Of a stretch of 64,000 bases of DNA, positions 18,460 to 27,141 are shown in pieces. Position 1 is the first letter of the stretch, and each line of letters starts with the position of its first letter. The stretch comes from Verrucomicrobiota bacterium (GTDB lineage Bacteria; Verrucomicrobiota; Verrucomicrobiia; Opitutales; Oceanipulchritudinaceae). The stretch is from positions 1-64,000 of the forward strand of contig JANRLC010000048.1 of the NCBI GenBank assembly GCA_033762955.1, given 5' to 3'. The notes below the pieces were generated by a model. It was given only the letters and a program-made list of their open reading frames with translations, had not been told where the DNA came from and did not search any database. Made by a program: the position numbers and the translations under genes.

Positions 18460-19128
18460 CTAATCAAATAAAGATGCCTGCCGGGTCGATTCTTGTTCAT
18501 TTTGTGCAATTGCTGCCAGCATGAGCGCGTGGAGGGTCACTGAGCGCCACTCGGGCTGGTCCATGCAATGCAGAAGAAGGATGGCTGCCGCCAACGCATC
18601 GTAGAGGGCAGCGTGGTAACGCCGACGCCGCAGTGGGCAAAGCGATTCCGCCAAGTCGTCAAGCGTGGGTTGCAGTCCGAGGTCGCGCACCAGAGTTTCC
18701 AGTTGGTAGCTGGCTCTACCGGGGAAAACACGAGCAGCCATGCGGCAGGTATCGAGCCACGGAGCCCAGTCCGCCTTCTCTGTGCCATGCTTCAGGAAGT
18801 CCGGGCAGAAGGGTGGGTAGGCCCAGATGCTTTTAAGCAAGGAGCTTTCAAATGAGGCATAGTGCGCACCGAGGATACCGCTTCGCCGCAGTTCCACAAA
18901 GCGGCCCCACTCCTCACCGAAGGGCGCGGTATTGCCGGTGGAGCTGGCAGTTAACCCGTGAAGGCGCGTGTCGTCCCTCGGGATCACTCCCTGCGGGCGG
19001 CATAGCCGGGTATAGCTGGACTGGATGTGCCCACCGAGAAGGGTGACGACGCCAAACTCGATGACGCCGTAGCTTCGGTGTCCCTCGAAGTCGATTATGT
19101 GGAGTGGTACTTCGTCCCAGCGCGCCAT
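18460..19128 (-). CDS. DEDDh 3'-5' exonuclease domain protein
   Basis: HIIDFEGHRSYGVIEFGVV ... HYASFESSLL match the DnaQ-like exonuclease motifs. Confidence 0.6.
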   Translation of the reverse strand: MARWDEVPLHIIDFEGHRSYGVIEFGVVTLLGGHIQSSYTRLCRPQGVIPRDDTRLHGLTASSTGNTAPFGEEWGRFVELRRSGILGAHYASFESSLLKSIWAYPPFCPDFLKHGTEKADWAPWLDTCRMAARVFPGRASYQLETLVRDLGLQPTLDDLAESLCPLRRRRYHAALYDALAAAILLLHCMDQPEWRSVTLHALMLAAIAQNEQESTRQASLFD

Positions 19129-19222
19129 GGCGAGGGGTAAAGTAACCGAAACTGCACATACTCCAAGCCTGTAACAACGATTTGGGTTGTTTCCCTGCCT
19201 TGTGCCCCCTTAAACCCCACTG

Positions 19223-19990
19223 GTGCAAATCGATAAACTAAAGGATTTCGTTGCCCTTCTGGCCCGCGAGAGCGCGGAAGCCATTCTCCCTTACTTTGGG
19301 CAGATTGGGTTGGCGGTGGAGACAAAGAGCGATGCCTCCCCGGTAACTTTGGCCGATCGCGGTGCCGAGCTGGTCATGCGTGCGCTGATCGAGCGGCACT
19401 TCCCGGAACATGGAATACTGGGTGAGGAGTACGGTACCGTGCGCGCGGATGCCGAGTACGTCTGGGTACTGGACCCGGTGGACGGCACAAAGAGCTTTGT
19501 CGCGGGCACACCGCAGTTTGGCACCCTTATCGCATTGATGCATCGGGGGAAGCCGATTCTAGGCGCGATTAACAGCCCGGTTTCCGGTCAGCTCCTGATG
19601 GGGGATAACTCCACCACGACACTCAATGGTAAACCCGTGCATGTCCGCAGCACCACACAGCTTGCAGACGCCGTCCTCCTCACAACAGACCTGAGCGGGC
19701 CCCAGCGCCACCAGAATGGTGCAGCTTGGAGCAATCTGGTTGGCAAGGTGAAGAAGCTTTATACCTGGGGCGACTGCCATGGCTACCACCTGCTCGCCAC
19801 AGGCGGGGCAGACATCATGGCAGACCCAGCGATGAACCCTTGGGATATTATGGCGCTCATTCCTGTCATTCGCGGAGCGGGTGGTACGATTACCGACTGG
19901 CAGGGGAACGACCCCGTGACCGGGCATTCCATTGTTGCGAGTGTCCCGGCACTGCATGCGGAAGTGATTAAGCTGCTGAATGGGTTCTGA
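19223..19990 (+). CDS. inositol monophosphatase family protein (SuhB/HisN-like)
   Basis: GEEYG ... VWVLDPVDGTKSFV ... WDIMA are the IMPase motifs. Confidence 0.8.
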   Translation: MQIDKLKDFVALLARESAEAILPYFGQIGLAVETKSDASPVTLADRGAELVMRALIERHFPEHGILGEEYGTVRADAEYVWVLDPVDGTKSFVAGTPQFGTLIALMHRGKPILGAINSPVSGQLLMGDNSTTTLNGKPVHVRSTTQLADAVLLTTDLSGPQRHQNGAAWSNLVGKVKKLYTWGDCHGYHLLATGGADIMADPAMNPWDIMALIPVIRGAGGTITDWQGNDPVTGHSIVASVPALHAEVIKLLNGF

Positions 19991-20052
19991 ATGATCTGCC
20001 TGATCCGACTGATCCGACCGATCTGTCGTATCCGACCCATCCGACAGATCAT

Positions 20053-20838
20053 CTAGATCACGTGAGTGCCTTTGCAGTCGGGATATTTGGTGCAGCCCCA
20101 GAACTGCTGACCGGCATTTTTACCGCTCTTCGCTGTGCGGAGAGCCATTTGGGCACCGCATTGGGGGCACTTGGGAATGGAATCGGTCTGGCCTGAAGGC
20201 GCAGGCGCAGCGGGATGGTCTTGTGTTCGCCTGTGGACAAGGCGGGCAGTGGCGAGCTGTTCGCTGTAACCGCCTTCCTCGATGAAGCCTTTCTCCAAGG
20301 CGGTGATTTGGCGGTCGAGGAGGAAGTTCGCCTGGTGGATGAGGCATATTAGCGCGTTCGCGCGAACAGCGGGGTCGGCGTGCTCTAGCCAGCGCGAATA
20401 GAGCGCTGCGCGCTGGTGATCGCACAGATCAGACAGATCGGTCGGATCCGCCTGATCCGCCCGATCCGACCGATCCGCTTGCTTTTTCCGGTACACCAGC
20501 GGCACCCTCCGGACCGCGAGGGATTCCGGGTCATCGGGAGCCCATGCCGGCAATCTGCGGTGGCGGAGGAAGTCCTCGTAGTCGAGTAGCAGCTCTTCGA
20601 GGCTGGCGCGGGCGACATTAACGAGCCGTAGCTCGGTCTGCGATGAGGTAGCAGAGGCGCGGCTACCCTCGGCGATATTCTGGCGACCACTGCGTGCGGC
20701 CTGTACCATCTGGTCCACGGTGCGAGAGCGGGCATCGAGGAACTTCTCGCAGAACCAGACGGTTGCATCGTAGATGAGCGTCGTTGTCTGGAAGCTGCAC
20801 GTATCGCGGTAGCCGCCACTGGGTCGGAGTTTCTTCAT
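20053..20838 (-). CDS. four-helix-bundle protein fused to a topoisomerase-type C4 zinc ribbon, with an internal low-complexity insert
   Basis: N-terminal 4HB signature (IYDATVWFCEKF ... QNIAEGSRASATSSQTELRLVNVARASLEEL). C-terminus CPQCGAQMALRTAKSGKNAGQQFWGCTKYPDCKGT. The DRSDRADQADPTDLSDL stretch is encoded by 9-nt GATCCGNCC tandem repeats. Confidence 0.6.
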   Translation of the reverse strand: MKKLRPSGGYRDTCSFQTTTLIYDATVWFCEKFLDARSRTVDQMVQAARSGRQNIAEGSRASATSSQTELRLVNVARASLEELLLDYEDFLRHRRLPAWAPDDPESLAVRRVPLVYRKKQADRSDRADQADPTDLSDLCDHQRAALYSRWLEHADPAVRANALICLIHQANFLLDRQITALEKGFIEEGGYSEQLATARLVHRRTQDHPAAPAPSGQTDSIPKCPQCGAQMALRTAKSGKNAGQQFWGCTKYPDCKGTHVI

Positions 20839-20872
20839 GTCGCGAGATAGGTCGAGTTTGCAGAGAGTTTGC

Positions 20873-21211
20873 TTAAACTTCAGCCTTCACGTGCTCGTGG
20901 TAAACGCGCAGCAGCTCTGTCACCAATATCCCCTCTATCGTCATCCCCTTGTAGCCCGCATCGGCAATTGAGAGATCGCCCAGGCAGGCGTTGCGGATGC
21001 TGGCCCCGGTCAGTGCGACATTAAAGAACTTAGCCCCACGCAGATTGACATCGTCAAGGCTGGTCGCGCTCAGGTTGACATTATGGAATTTCGATTGGGA
21101 AAGATTCACATTTTCAAACTGCGCCCCGCCCAGATTGACATCTGTAAACTCCGAGCCGCCCAGATCAGCGTGCTCCGCCTTGTACTTTCCACATTTAAGC
21201 TCGGTGCTCAT
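20873..21211 (-). CDS. pentapeptide-repeat protein
   Basis: MSTELKCGKYKAEHADLGGSEFTDVNLGGAQFENVNLSQSKFHNVNLSA... shows A(D/N)LxG repeats. It is a paralog (about 90% aa identity) of 39847-40185. Confidence 0.75.
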   Translation of the reverse strand: MSTELKCGKYKAEHADLGGSEFTDVNLGGAQFENVNLSQSKFHNVNLSATSLDDVNLRGAKFFNVALTGASIRNACLGDLSIADAGYKGMTIEGILVTELLRVYHEHVKAEV

Positions 21212-21256
21212 GGTTCGATGGTGTTGAGGTTGGTGACGAAAGCACAAGTACTGTGT

Positions 21257-21769
21257 TTATTGGGTGATAATCAGCGTCTTAAGGATACTATTATCGCTTT
21301 GTGTACCCATGTACCAGAACATGCTGAATCCCGAAATGAAGAGCAACCAAATGATGCCAAAAACCATGCTCATTTTGGCTGATTGACTAAAACCACACGA
21401 GAGAACGGATCGGGAGGCGTCCGAAGGATCGTATCTAACCCCAACTGATTTTGCCGTTCGAAGGCGTCTGACAATTTCATTTTGGTTCTCTCGATTGCTA
21501 CCGCCAGAGTAGCCATATGCAATACGATTCCCTGTGTAAGTTACACCAGATACGACATAGTCATACTGAACTTCGCACCTAAATGTTCTGCCTTTGCGGT
21601 GGTATACTCTTTTGAGTTCACAAGCGGTTATCCGCCCTTCTGTCGTTGGCCAACCACGGGCAACCGAGGACTTGCGCCATGAGTAGACCCCATAGCCCAG
21701 TATGCCAAAACCAATGAGGAAAAACACGACGATGATGATAAGTACGCCAGATGCAGACATAGCCTTCAT
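21257..21769 (-). CDS. DUF3592-family membrane protein
   Basis: TM-flanked beta-rich domain with TTEGRI ... RVYH ... Y.Y..G..Y.G ... YDP pattern. The start is chosen at MKAMSASGVLIIIVVFF. Confidence 0.55.
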   Translation of the reverse strand: MKAMSASGVLIIIVVFFLIGFGILGYGVYSWRKSSVARGWPTTEGRITACELKRVYHRKGRTFRCEVQYDYVVSGVTYTGNRIAYGYSGGSNRENQNEIVRRLRTAKSVGVRYDPSDASRSVLSCGFSQSAKMSMVFGIIWLLFISGFSMFWYMGTQSDNSILKTLIITQ

Positions 21770-22419
21770 GAGTTGGGATAGCGGTATTTCTGTGGCATAC
21801 CTGCTCCAGAGTTGCAAGCGCATTACGGTTACGTAGTGGTCTGTAGGACGCATCTCACTTTCTGGACATATTAAATAGGAATGGCCGCAAAAAGTCGCAA
21901 AAATAGATACAAAAATGAAAGACACCAGCTCGCATCGTGCGTATGCCTTGAGTGTTCGTTAACCTCTGCATTCCTTTTTTAATTTTTGTGCCTTCTTGCG
22001 GCTAAAAATCCCTCGGCTAAAGCCAGCTATCCAAAAACTGAGATGCGCCCTGGTCTGTAGGGTCATCCAAGTGGCTGCAACTGCAACAATTCCGGGAGCG
22101 GTCGTCCTATAAACGCTGGAAGACACACGGGCAAGATGCCGCCAATATGCCTGGGCCACTTAGTGAAATAATCCAATCACTGCGAGATGCACCACTTCCG
22201 CAGTTCCTACACTGCATGAAAACAACGCGCTCGGAAAAGTACTCTGGGAACCAATCGCTCAAGAAAATGCAGAAGGGTGGGAGAGTGAGGAGAGGCAAAG
22301 TGGTCGGTGTTCGTGTACAAGTTGGAGTTCACGCTTCAGCGTGTCCGGGTATGGGGAGTAGAGAACAAATATCTCACGCCCACTTCGCTCAAGACGCCTA
22401 GACGCAAAGGATACGATGA

Positions 22420-22650
22420 CGCGACTTTTCAAATAAATAAAGGATCGGGAGCGCTGAAGGCGCGACCCAAGGGAGTTGTAGGACCGCTCCTTAGGTCGCG
22501 CCTTCAGCGCTCATGGTGTTTTACTGGTCTAAACCTAGGCCGTCGGCCTAGGCTGGGGCTGGATCGCGCCTTCAGCGCTACCAAGGCAAATTGGGTTCAT
22601 CTCATTTCCCATGACTTCAGGATGTCTGATGTTAGTGTCGAAAAAAAACG
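22420..22650. mobile_element. MITE-like palindromic repeat, copy C
   Basis: GGATCGGGAGCGCTGAAGGCGCG ... GTCGCGCCTTCAGCGCTCATGG ... GTCTAAACCTAGGCCGTCGGCCTAGGCT ... GACTTCAGGATGTCTGA matches copies A and B. Confidence 0.65.
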
Positions 22651-23461
22651 GACAGAACCACATCGTGATCCTGTCCGCTTGATTACTGTCAGTCAGTGTC
22701 ACGGAACACCGAACACGAAGCAAAGCGAAGCGTCTGCTTTAACCGGCTAGGCGGCTTGGCTCATGGGTTCGGCTTCCGTCCGGATTACTTTGAGGTGCTT
22801 TACCTTGTCTTCTTCTGATCTGCTTATCGTCTGAAATCGCCTCTTTCGCTCGACACCTGAGCCTCTCTCATCTTCGGAGAACGTCTGAACTCAGCCGCGC
22901 GGAGGGTGCATCGCAGTTTTTGGACAATAAGCAATAGAAGCGGACTGGCGAAGGCACCAGCGCTTACATTCCCAACCGGTAACCAGCCACAGATGTCACT
23001 GATTCACACGGATAGAAGCAATCGCATCCGTGGCTAATCCATCTAATCTACACCCAATCTGTGGCCAAATGAGCGATCCGCCGCCGCATGGCCGTATCAT
23101 CCGCATTGGCGGCGAATACCGTGACTTGCGCCGTATTGAAGCGCATCCGGCTACGACCGCAAAGCCTCCCCGCTCATAGTGCGCGGTTAGCCCAATTCGG
23201 GTCCGCTGCGCTCAGATGACGCGGGCTGTCAGGCCCTGCTCATAACACAAAACGCAAAGGCGAATCGCCCGCGCCGCTCCGGGCTTGTTCAACCATGGAT
23301 GTAGTCGGAGATTCGTTCCTCATCTCCGCTACATCCTTTCGAAACACGATGCCTATTAAATATGCGCATTTAACCTACCACTTCCCTTTGTTTAAGCCAT
23401 CTCACAAATTGAGCATCGGCATATATATGACGTTGTGTTTAGTTCGGCTCCTTTGGTCTTC

Positions 23462-23800
23462 TCAACATTTAGATAGGGCGTCATTCTTTAATTTCTCCCC
23501 CAGTGATCTCAAGTCATCTATAATCCGATTCAACAATTGGATGTCGGTCGCATAAATCTGTTCATATAATTTGATTAGTTTATCTGAATCTTCCAAGGAA
23601 TCACCGAAGTGGAATGTCGCATTGCGAACTCGAACAAACTTATCGACGCGGGCTATAACCTTTCGGACTCGTTTTTTCTCTGCTCTTGTTTCGTCGGAAA
23701 GTGCGCCTAGCGCATCGAGTTTTCGATGCCACTCATTCAATCCGGCCCTTATTTCATAGAGGGCAGCTAAAACTTGCTTCTTAATGGCAATCTCCGTCAT
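23462..23800 (-). CDS. cassette ORF, HEPN-like (RNxxxH motif) hypothetical protein
   Basis: The 112-aa ORF has KFVRVRNATFHFGD, which fits the HEPN/DUF86 Rx4-6H motif. Its ATG overlaps the stop of an upstream 56-aa ORF (ATGA). Confidence 0.45.
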   Translation of the reverse strand: MTEIAIKKQVLAALYEIRAGLNEWHRKLDALGALSDETRAEKKRVRKVIARVDKFVRVRNATFHFGDSLEDSDKLIKLYEQIYATDIQLLNRIIDDLRSLGEKLKNDALSKC

Positions 23801-23967
23801 GCCGTGATGCTGATTTTTTTCTTTTCTTCTTTCAGGAAGGCGTCGTTGAACGCGCTAAGATAGGCATTCAACGCCGAATTTACATTCTGCCAGCCGACAA
23901 CCATGCGTCGGTATGTGCGCTGGGGTTCTGTTGCGCCGCGAATCCACTCGATTTGGGGATGCTTCAT
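23797..23967 (-). CDS. small cassette ORF (56 aa), possible partner/antitoxin of the HEPN-like gene
   Basis: MKHPQIEWIRGATEPQRTYRRMVVGWQNVNSALNAYLSAFNDAFLKEEKKKISITA. It starts 7 bp downstream of an attC R-prime box. It is absent from the ORF track because it is under 60 aa. Confidence 0.35.
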   Translation of the reverse strand: MKHPQIEWIRGATEPQRTYRRMVVGWQNVNSALNAYLSAFNDAFLKEEKKKISITA

Positions 23968-23973
23968 ATTTTT

Positions 23974-24080
23974 GCCGAACGATAAAGCTCAGACACCCCG
24001 CTGGGGATTTCCGAACTCAATAGTCTTCTCGTAAGCGCTGGGCGTCATCTGGGTTGTCTGTAGCGTCTTTCTTGTTAGTC
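23974..24080 (-). other. integron attC site
   Basis: Top strand GCCGAACGATAAAGCTCAGACACC ... GGTTGTCTGTAGCG ... GTTAGTC. Confidence 0.55.
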
Positions 24081-24325
24081 TGCGTCATTAGTCACCAAAA
24101 AGTTTGTCTCTTATCTCTTGAATCATCGAACGCACGTCATCACCAGTGCAGCTGCTGTTCGCTAACTGGCTCGAAATTCGGTCCAACTTCACAGGTATGC
24201 TGAGAATCGCGCACTCCAGTCGACGTACTCGCTCGGCTTTCTGCTCCACCAACTGACGAGCTCGAACAAGCTCTCGGCGTTTCTCTCGTTCTGCTTTGCT
24301 CGGAATGGTTACTGTGTTTGGTGTG

Positions 24326-24427
24326 GCCTAGCGTCAAAGATGAGCCACGATGCAACTTGGCGCGTTTCCTGACGCTGCAGGAATCGTGACAGGTCGTGTC
24401 GTTGGCTCTGGTGCCTTGTTGTTAGGC
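24326..24427 (-). other. integron attC site (long, lies inside the 3' end of the ORF 24334-24825)
   Basis: Top strand GCCTAGCGTCAAAGATGAGCCACG ... CGTTGGCTCTGGTGCCTTGTTGTTAGGC. Confidence 0.65.
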
Positions 24428-24825
24428 TGGATTTCTTCGAGCCTCTCCCAGCGCATTTCAAATTCGGGAATCATGTAGCTCTTCGGCTGAAGCCAGAATG
24501 AAACCCGCTCTTCCTTCACTCCGCGATGAGCTCTGGCTCTGACCTCCTCTGGCCTCAAAATGAAAATTCCAGGAGTGGCGTCTAAATTATTCACGATGAT
24601 CCAAAAGTCACCCATAACTTTATCGAGAGAATTTCCAAGCGGCACAGGACTCTTCTTGCTCAGTGCTTTCACTTGGATGCCGATGTAACGAGTGGCCGTT
24701 AGATCGTAGGCAATGATATCAATGCCCTTCGCATTTCGCGCGGTCGGCATGACATTCCAACCACGCTTTGACAACTCGTAGCACACGAAGTAAAGGCCTA
24801 CATTTCCTACGATCTGGGCGTTCAT
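24334..24825 (-). CDS. cassette ORF, Hjc/NucS-like PD-(D/E)xK nuclease-fold protein
   Basis: GNVGLYFVCYELSKRGWNVMPTARNAKGIDIIAYD ... IGIQVKAL fits the G..GE..V...L...G..V......DIIA ... QVK nuclease pattern. The C-terminal roughly 30 aa are translated through the attC. Confidence 0.5.
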   Translation of the reverse strand: MNAQIVGNVGLYFVCYELSKRGWNVMPTARNAKGIDIIAYDLTATRYIGIQVKALSKKSPVPLGNSLDKVMGDFWIIVNNLDATPGIFILRPEEVRARAHRGVKEERVSFWLQPKSYMIPEFEMRWERLEEIQPNNKAPEPTTRPVTIPAASGNAPSCIVAHL

Positions 24826-24831
24826 GATCTT

Positions 24832-24900
24832 GCCTAATGTGGAAGCTGAGGTGCGCTGCGAGCGTCAGCGAGTAGCGTCACCTTCAGCAACTTGTTAGCC
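24832..24900 (-). other. integron attC site
   Basis: Top strand GCCTAATGTGGAAGCTGAGGTGCGC ... CTTGTTAGCC. The stop codon TAA of the upstream cassette gene lies inside the R'' box GGCTAAC. Confidence 0.6.
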
Positions 24901-25389
24901 TAAATAATCAATCTTCAATGATCTCCTAAGCTTTTTCGCCGATTCGAGTGCGGTCCTCAAATTATCATCCATTGTATTCCCAACAAACTTTTCAATTAAT
25001 TCCAGTTGCTCATCTTTTGAATCAAGCACCAATCTAACAAGGGGATCCAACTCTCCTGCAACGGTATCAAATATTACTCCTTCCTTCCCCATCATTATTT
25101 TGTAATATAAATCTTCATTCTCTTGAAAGAGATTGATATCAAATCTCCCCTTGGCCCAATCAGAAACATGGCCTAGAAAACTATCTTGCTTAATATGATT
25201 TTCCAACTTCCCGGACAATCGGTTCACCTCTAAGGTATACTTGATGATGGGGTTTTTTATATTTACTATTTTTGACAGGAATAAAATCAATCCTTCCCAG
25301 TACTGATCATCCTCAGTGTTTATATATATGCAGATGTAAGATGGGCCATCCTTTGATATGATATTAGATTTGAGTATAGCTGTTTTCAT
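24895..25389 (-). CDS. cassette ORF, hypothetical protein (about 36% GC)
   Basis: 164-aa ORF bounded by attC sites on both sides. Confidence 0.5.
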   Translation of the reverse strand: MKTAILKSNIISKDGPSYICIYINTEDDQYWEGLILFLSKIVNIKNPIIKYTLEVNRLSGKLENHIKQDSFLGHVSDWAKGRFDINLFQENEDLYYKIMMGKEGVIFDTVAGELDPLVRLVLDSKDEQLELIEKFVGNTMDDNLRTALESAKKLRRSLKIDYLG

Positions 25390-25399
25390 AAATTGTCTG

Positions 25400-25464
25400 G
25401 CTAACGTAGAAGTGAGCGGCCTGCGCTGCTTTTCGCACAGGTCCGCTCTACTGCCGGGTTAGCC
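25400..25464 (-). other. integron attC site
   Basis: Top strand GGCTAACGTAGAAGTGAGCGGCC ... CTACTGCCGGGTTAGCC. The stop TAA is embedded in the R'' box. Confidence 0.6.
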
Positions 25465-26319
25465 ACGTTTTCGCTCAAGTATTTCATGGACGTCTTTGGC
25501 TAGCTGCCTATATGAGAGCGTTGCCATCTTCCTATCGCATAGTGCGACGACATGGCCCAGATCGTGCTCACCTTCAAACGGAAAGGAATCCGTGACGGCC
25601 GGGATATTTAGCGAGCCGATCCATTTACCTAGAATTCCAACGGAAATGACAATGTTAGATGGACCCAACCCCGCGATTACACACGAGCCCTTAATCAACT
25701 GACAAAAATGGCTCAACAATTCGCTCTCCTCTTTATCTGCACTTTCGGCTTGGGAAAATTCGTCATATCCTCGCAAACCGAAGTGTGCAAAGTCCTCGCG
25801 TTTTGATTCTGAGTTGAAGTTCATTAGTGCGCGCAGCTCGTTATGCTTGACATGAGTACGGAATAGATCGCCGTAGATGAAGTAACCAGCAGACAGCGCA
25901 ACCTTAGCAACGAAGCGTTTGCGGCCGTGAGCTTCAATATTAAATTGCGACGAAATCGTGTTTCCGCCGATTTCATGCGGCTCAAGGTGGCGCTTAGTCA
26001 TCGCATCCCAAATGAGCATGCCCTCTTTGCCACGCAAGGTAACTTGAATGGGCCGCTTTTCGTCGCCCAGATGCGACTTTTTCAATAACACCGTCGGCGG
26101 CGTGTTGCTGTGTCCCCTTGCGTCAAACTCACGACGGCGCATCAGCGTAAGAAAGTCGTTTGCCAACACTCCATCGATTCTTGAACCAACCTTCGCATTG
26201 AAGTCCTTCTCTACGGGAATACAGAACTGGTTTGATCCTCCGAGCGAAAGTGGAATGATGTGCTCGGAGTTCATTGCCTCTACAGGCAATTCAAGGTCTG
26301 TGTAAGGACACCACGGCAT
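25459..26319 (-). CDS. cassette ORF, HNH endonuclease-domain protein
   Basis: NSEHIIPLSLGGSN is an HNH motif near the N-terminus. The 286-aa protein has an uncharacterised C-terminal domain. Confidence 0.6.
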   Translation of the reverse strand: MPWCPYTDLELPVEAMNSEHIIPLSLGGSNQFCIPVEKDFNAKVGSRIDGVLANDFLTLMRRREFDARGHSNTPPTVLLKKSHLGDEKRPIQVTLRGKEGMLIWDAMTKRHLEPHEIGGNTISSQFNIEAHGRKRFVAKVALSAGYFIYGDLFRTHVKHNELRALMNFNSESKREDFAHFGLRGYDEFSQAESADKEESELLSHFCQLIKGSCVIAGLGPSNIVISVGILGKWIGSLNIPAVTDSFPFEGEHDLGHVVALCDRKMATLSYRQLAKDVHEILERKRG

Positions 26320-26321
26320 AG

Positions 26322-26395
26322 CGGCTAGCGTATGAGATCAGTCACGGCCCAGCAAGGCCGTTGGCTGTAGCGACTGGTTGGTCGGTTTGGTTTTC
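26322..26395 (-). other. integron attC site (boxes degenerate)
   Basis: Top strand TAGCGTATGAGATCAGTCACGGCCCAGCAAGGCCGTTGGCTGTAGCGACTGGTTGGTC is nearly identical to the attC at 49597-49657. Confidence 0.55.
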
Positions 26396-26406
26396 ATGGG
26401 GGATTC

Positions 26407-27123
26407 CTATGCGATGCGCTTCCACCGCTTGAACGCCGCTACATCATCGGAGGAAAGGTCAAACCACTCACCCTCACCTCGCTTGCTGGCAAAGCGTCTA
26501 TGCCAATAAGCCTCTACTCCTGCTGGATCATCGGTCTCGATGGTGTGAATGGTTGTCGGCGGGACAGGAATCTTTATCGCGAGCTGCCTCTCGCGACTTC
26601 CGACCGACACAGTCCGTCCAATCTTGTGGTGACGCCCGGATCGCATGAGATAAACAAAACCGGTTTCAACAGACCTCTCCTTGTCTGGAGCTGACGCCTC
26701 CTCCTTCAGCTCAGCCCGACATAGAGACAAAACGTCGTCGTACTCTGGATGACTCTCACAATACCGTACCACGCGACCAAGCAACGCGTCCTTCCCATCG
26801 CGGTAGAACACGGTCTGACTTGGAAACGTCTTATCCGTGCGAGACCGCAAAACAAACTCTCCTTTCACAGGAATACGCCCAAGCTCTCTCGCGAACGCGA
26901 TAAACTTCTCGACCAAAAAGTCTGCCGAATACGCGGCTTGCATTTGATTGCAGCTGAAGCCCGCTTCGACCAACGCATCGCCCCATCTAAGCCAATGACT
27001 GGGAAACCAATCATTGTGCCGAATGCCAGTCTTACGCTCGAACAAGAGTGTCCCGGGGGCTTTGCCGCCGTTCTCTTTCGCGATGCGACGGATTTCTTCG
27101 AGAACTCGTGCTTTTTCGATCAT
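26407..27123 (-). CDS. cassette ORF, T5orf172 (GIY-YIG-like) domain protein
   Basis: C-terminal half GFVYLMRSGRHHKIGRTVSVGSRERQL ... PAGVEAYWHRRFASKRGEGEWFDLS is the T5orf172/MUG113 signature. A GGAGG Shine-Dalgarno lies 7 nt upstream; the gene is translationally coupled to the 27142-27846 gene. Confidence 0.6.
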   Translation of the reverse strand: MIEKARVLEEIRRIAKENGGKAPGTLLFERKTGIRHNDWFPSHWLRWGDALVEAGFSCNQMQAAYSADFLVEKFIAFARELGRIPVKGEFVLRSRTDKTFPSQTVFYRDGKDALLGRVVRYCESHPEYDDVLSLCRAELKEEASAPDKERSVETGFVYLMRSGRHHKIGRTVSVGSRERQLAIKIPVPPTTIHTIETDDPAGVEAYWHRRFASKRGEGEWFDLSSDDVAAFKRWKRIA

Positions 27124-27141
27124 TGGTTAGCCTCCGTTTTC

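Noticed and set aside
27121-27141. GGTTAGCC-like motif between the two genes of the first cassette, as a possible attC.
   Set aside because: Only 18 bp separate the stop and the next ATG. It contains a GGAGG Shine-Dalgarno and has no inverted partner, so the two genes are interpreted as a single cassette.
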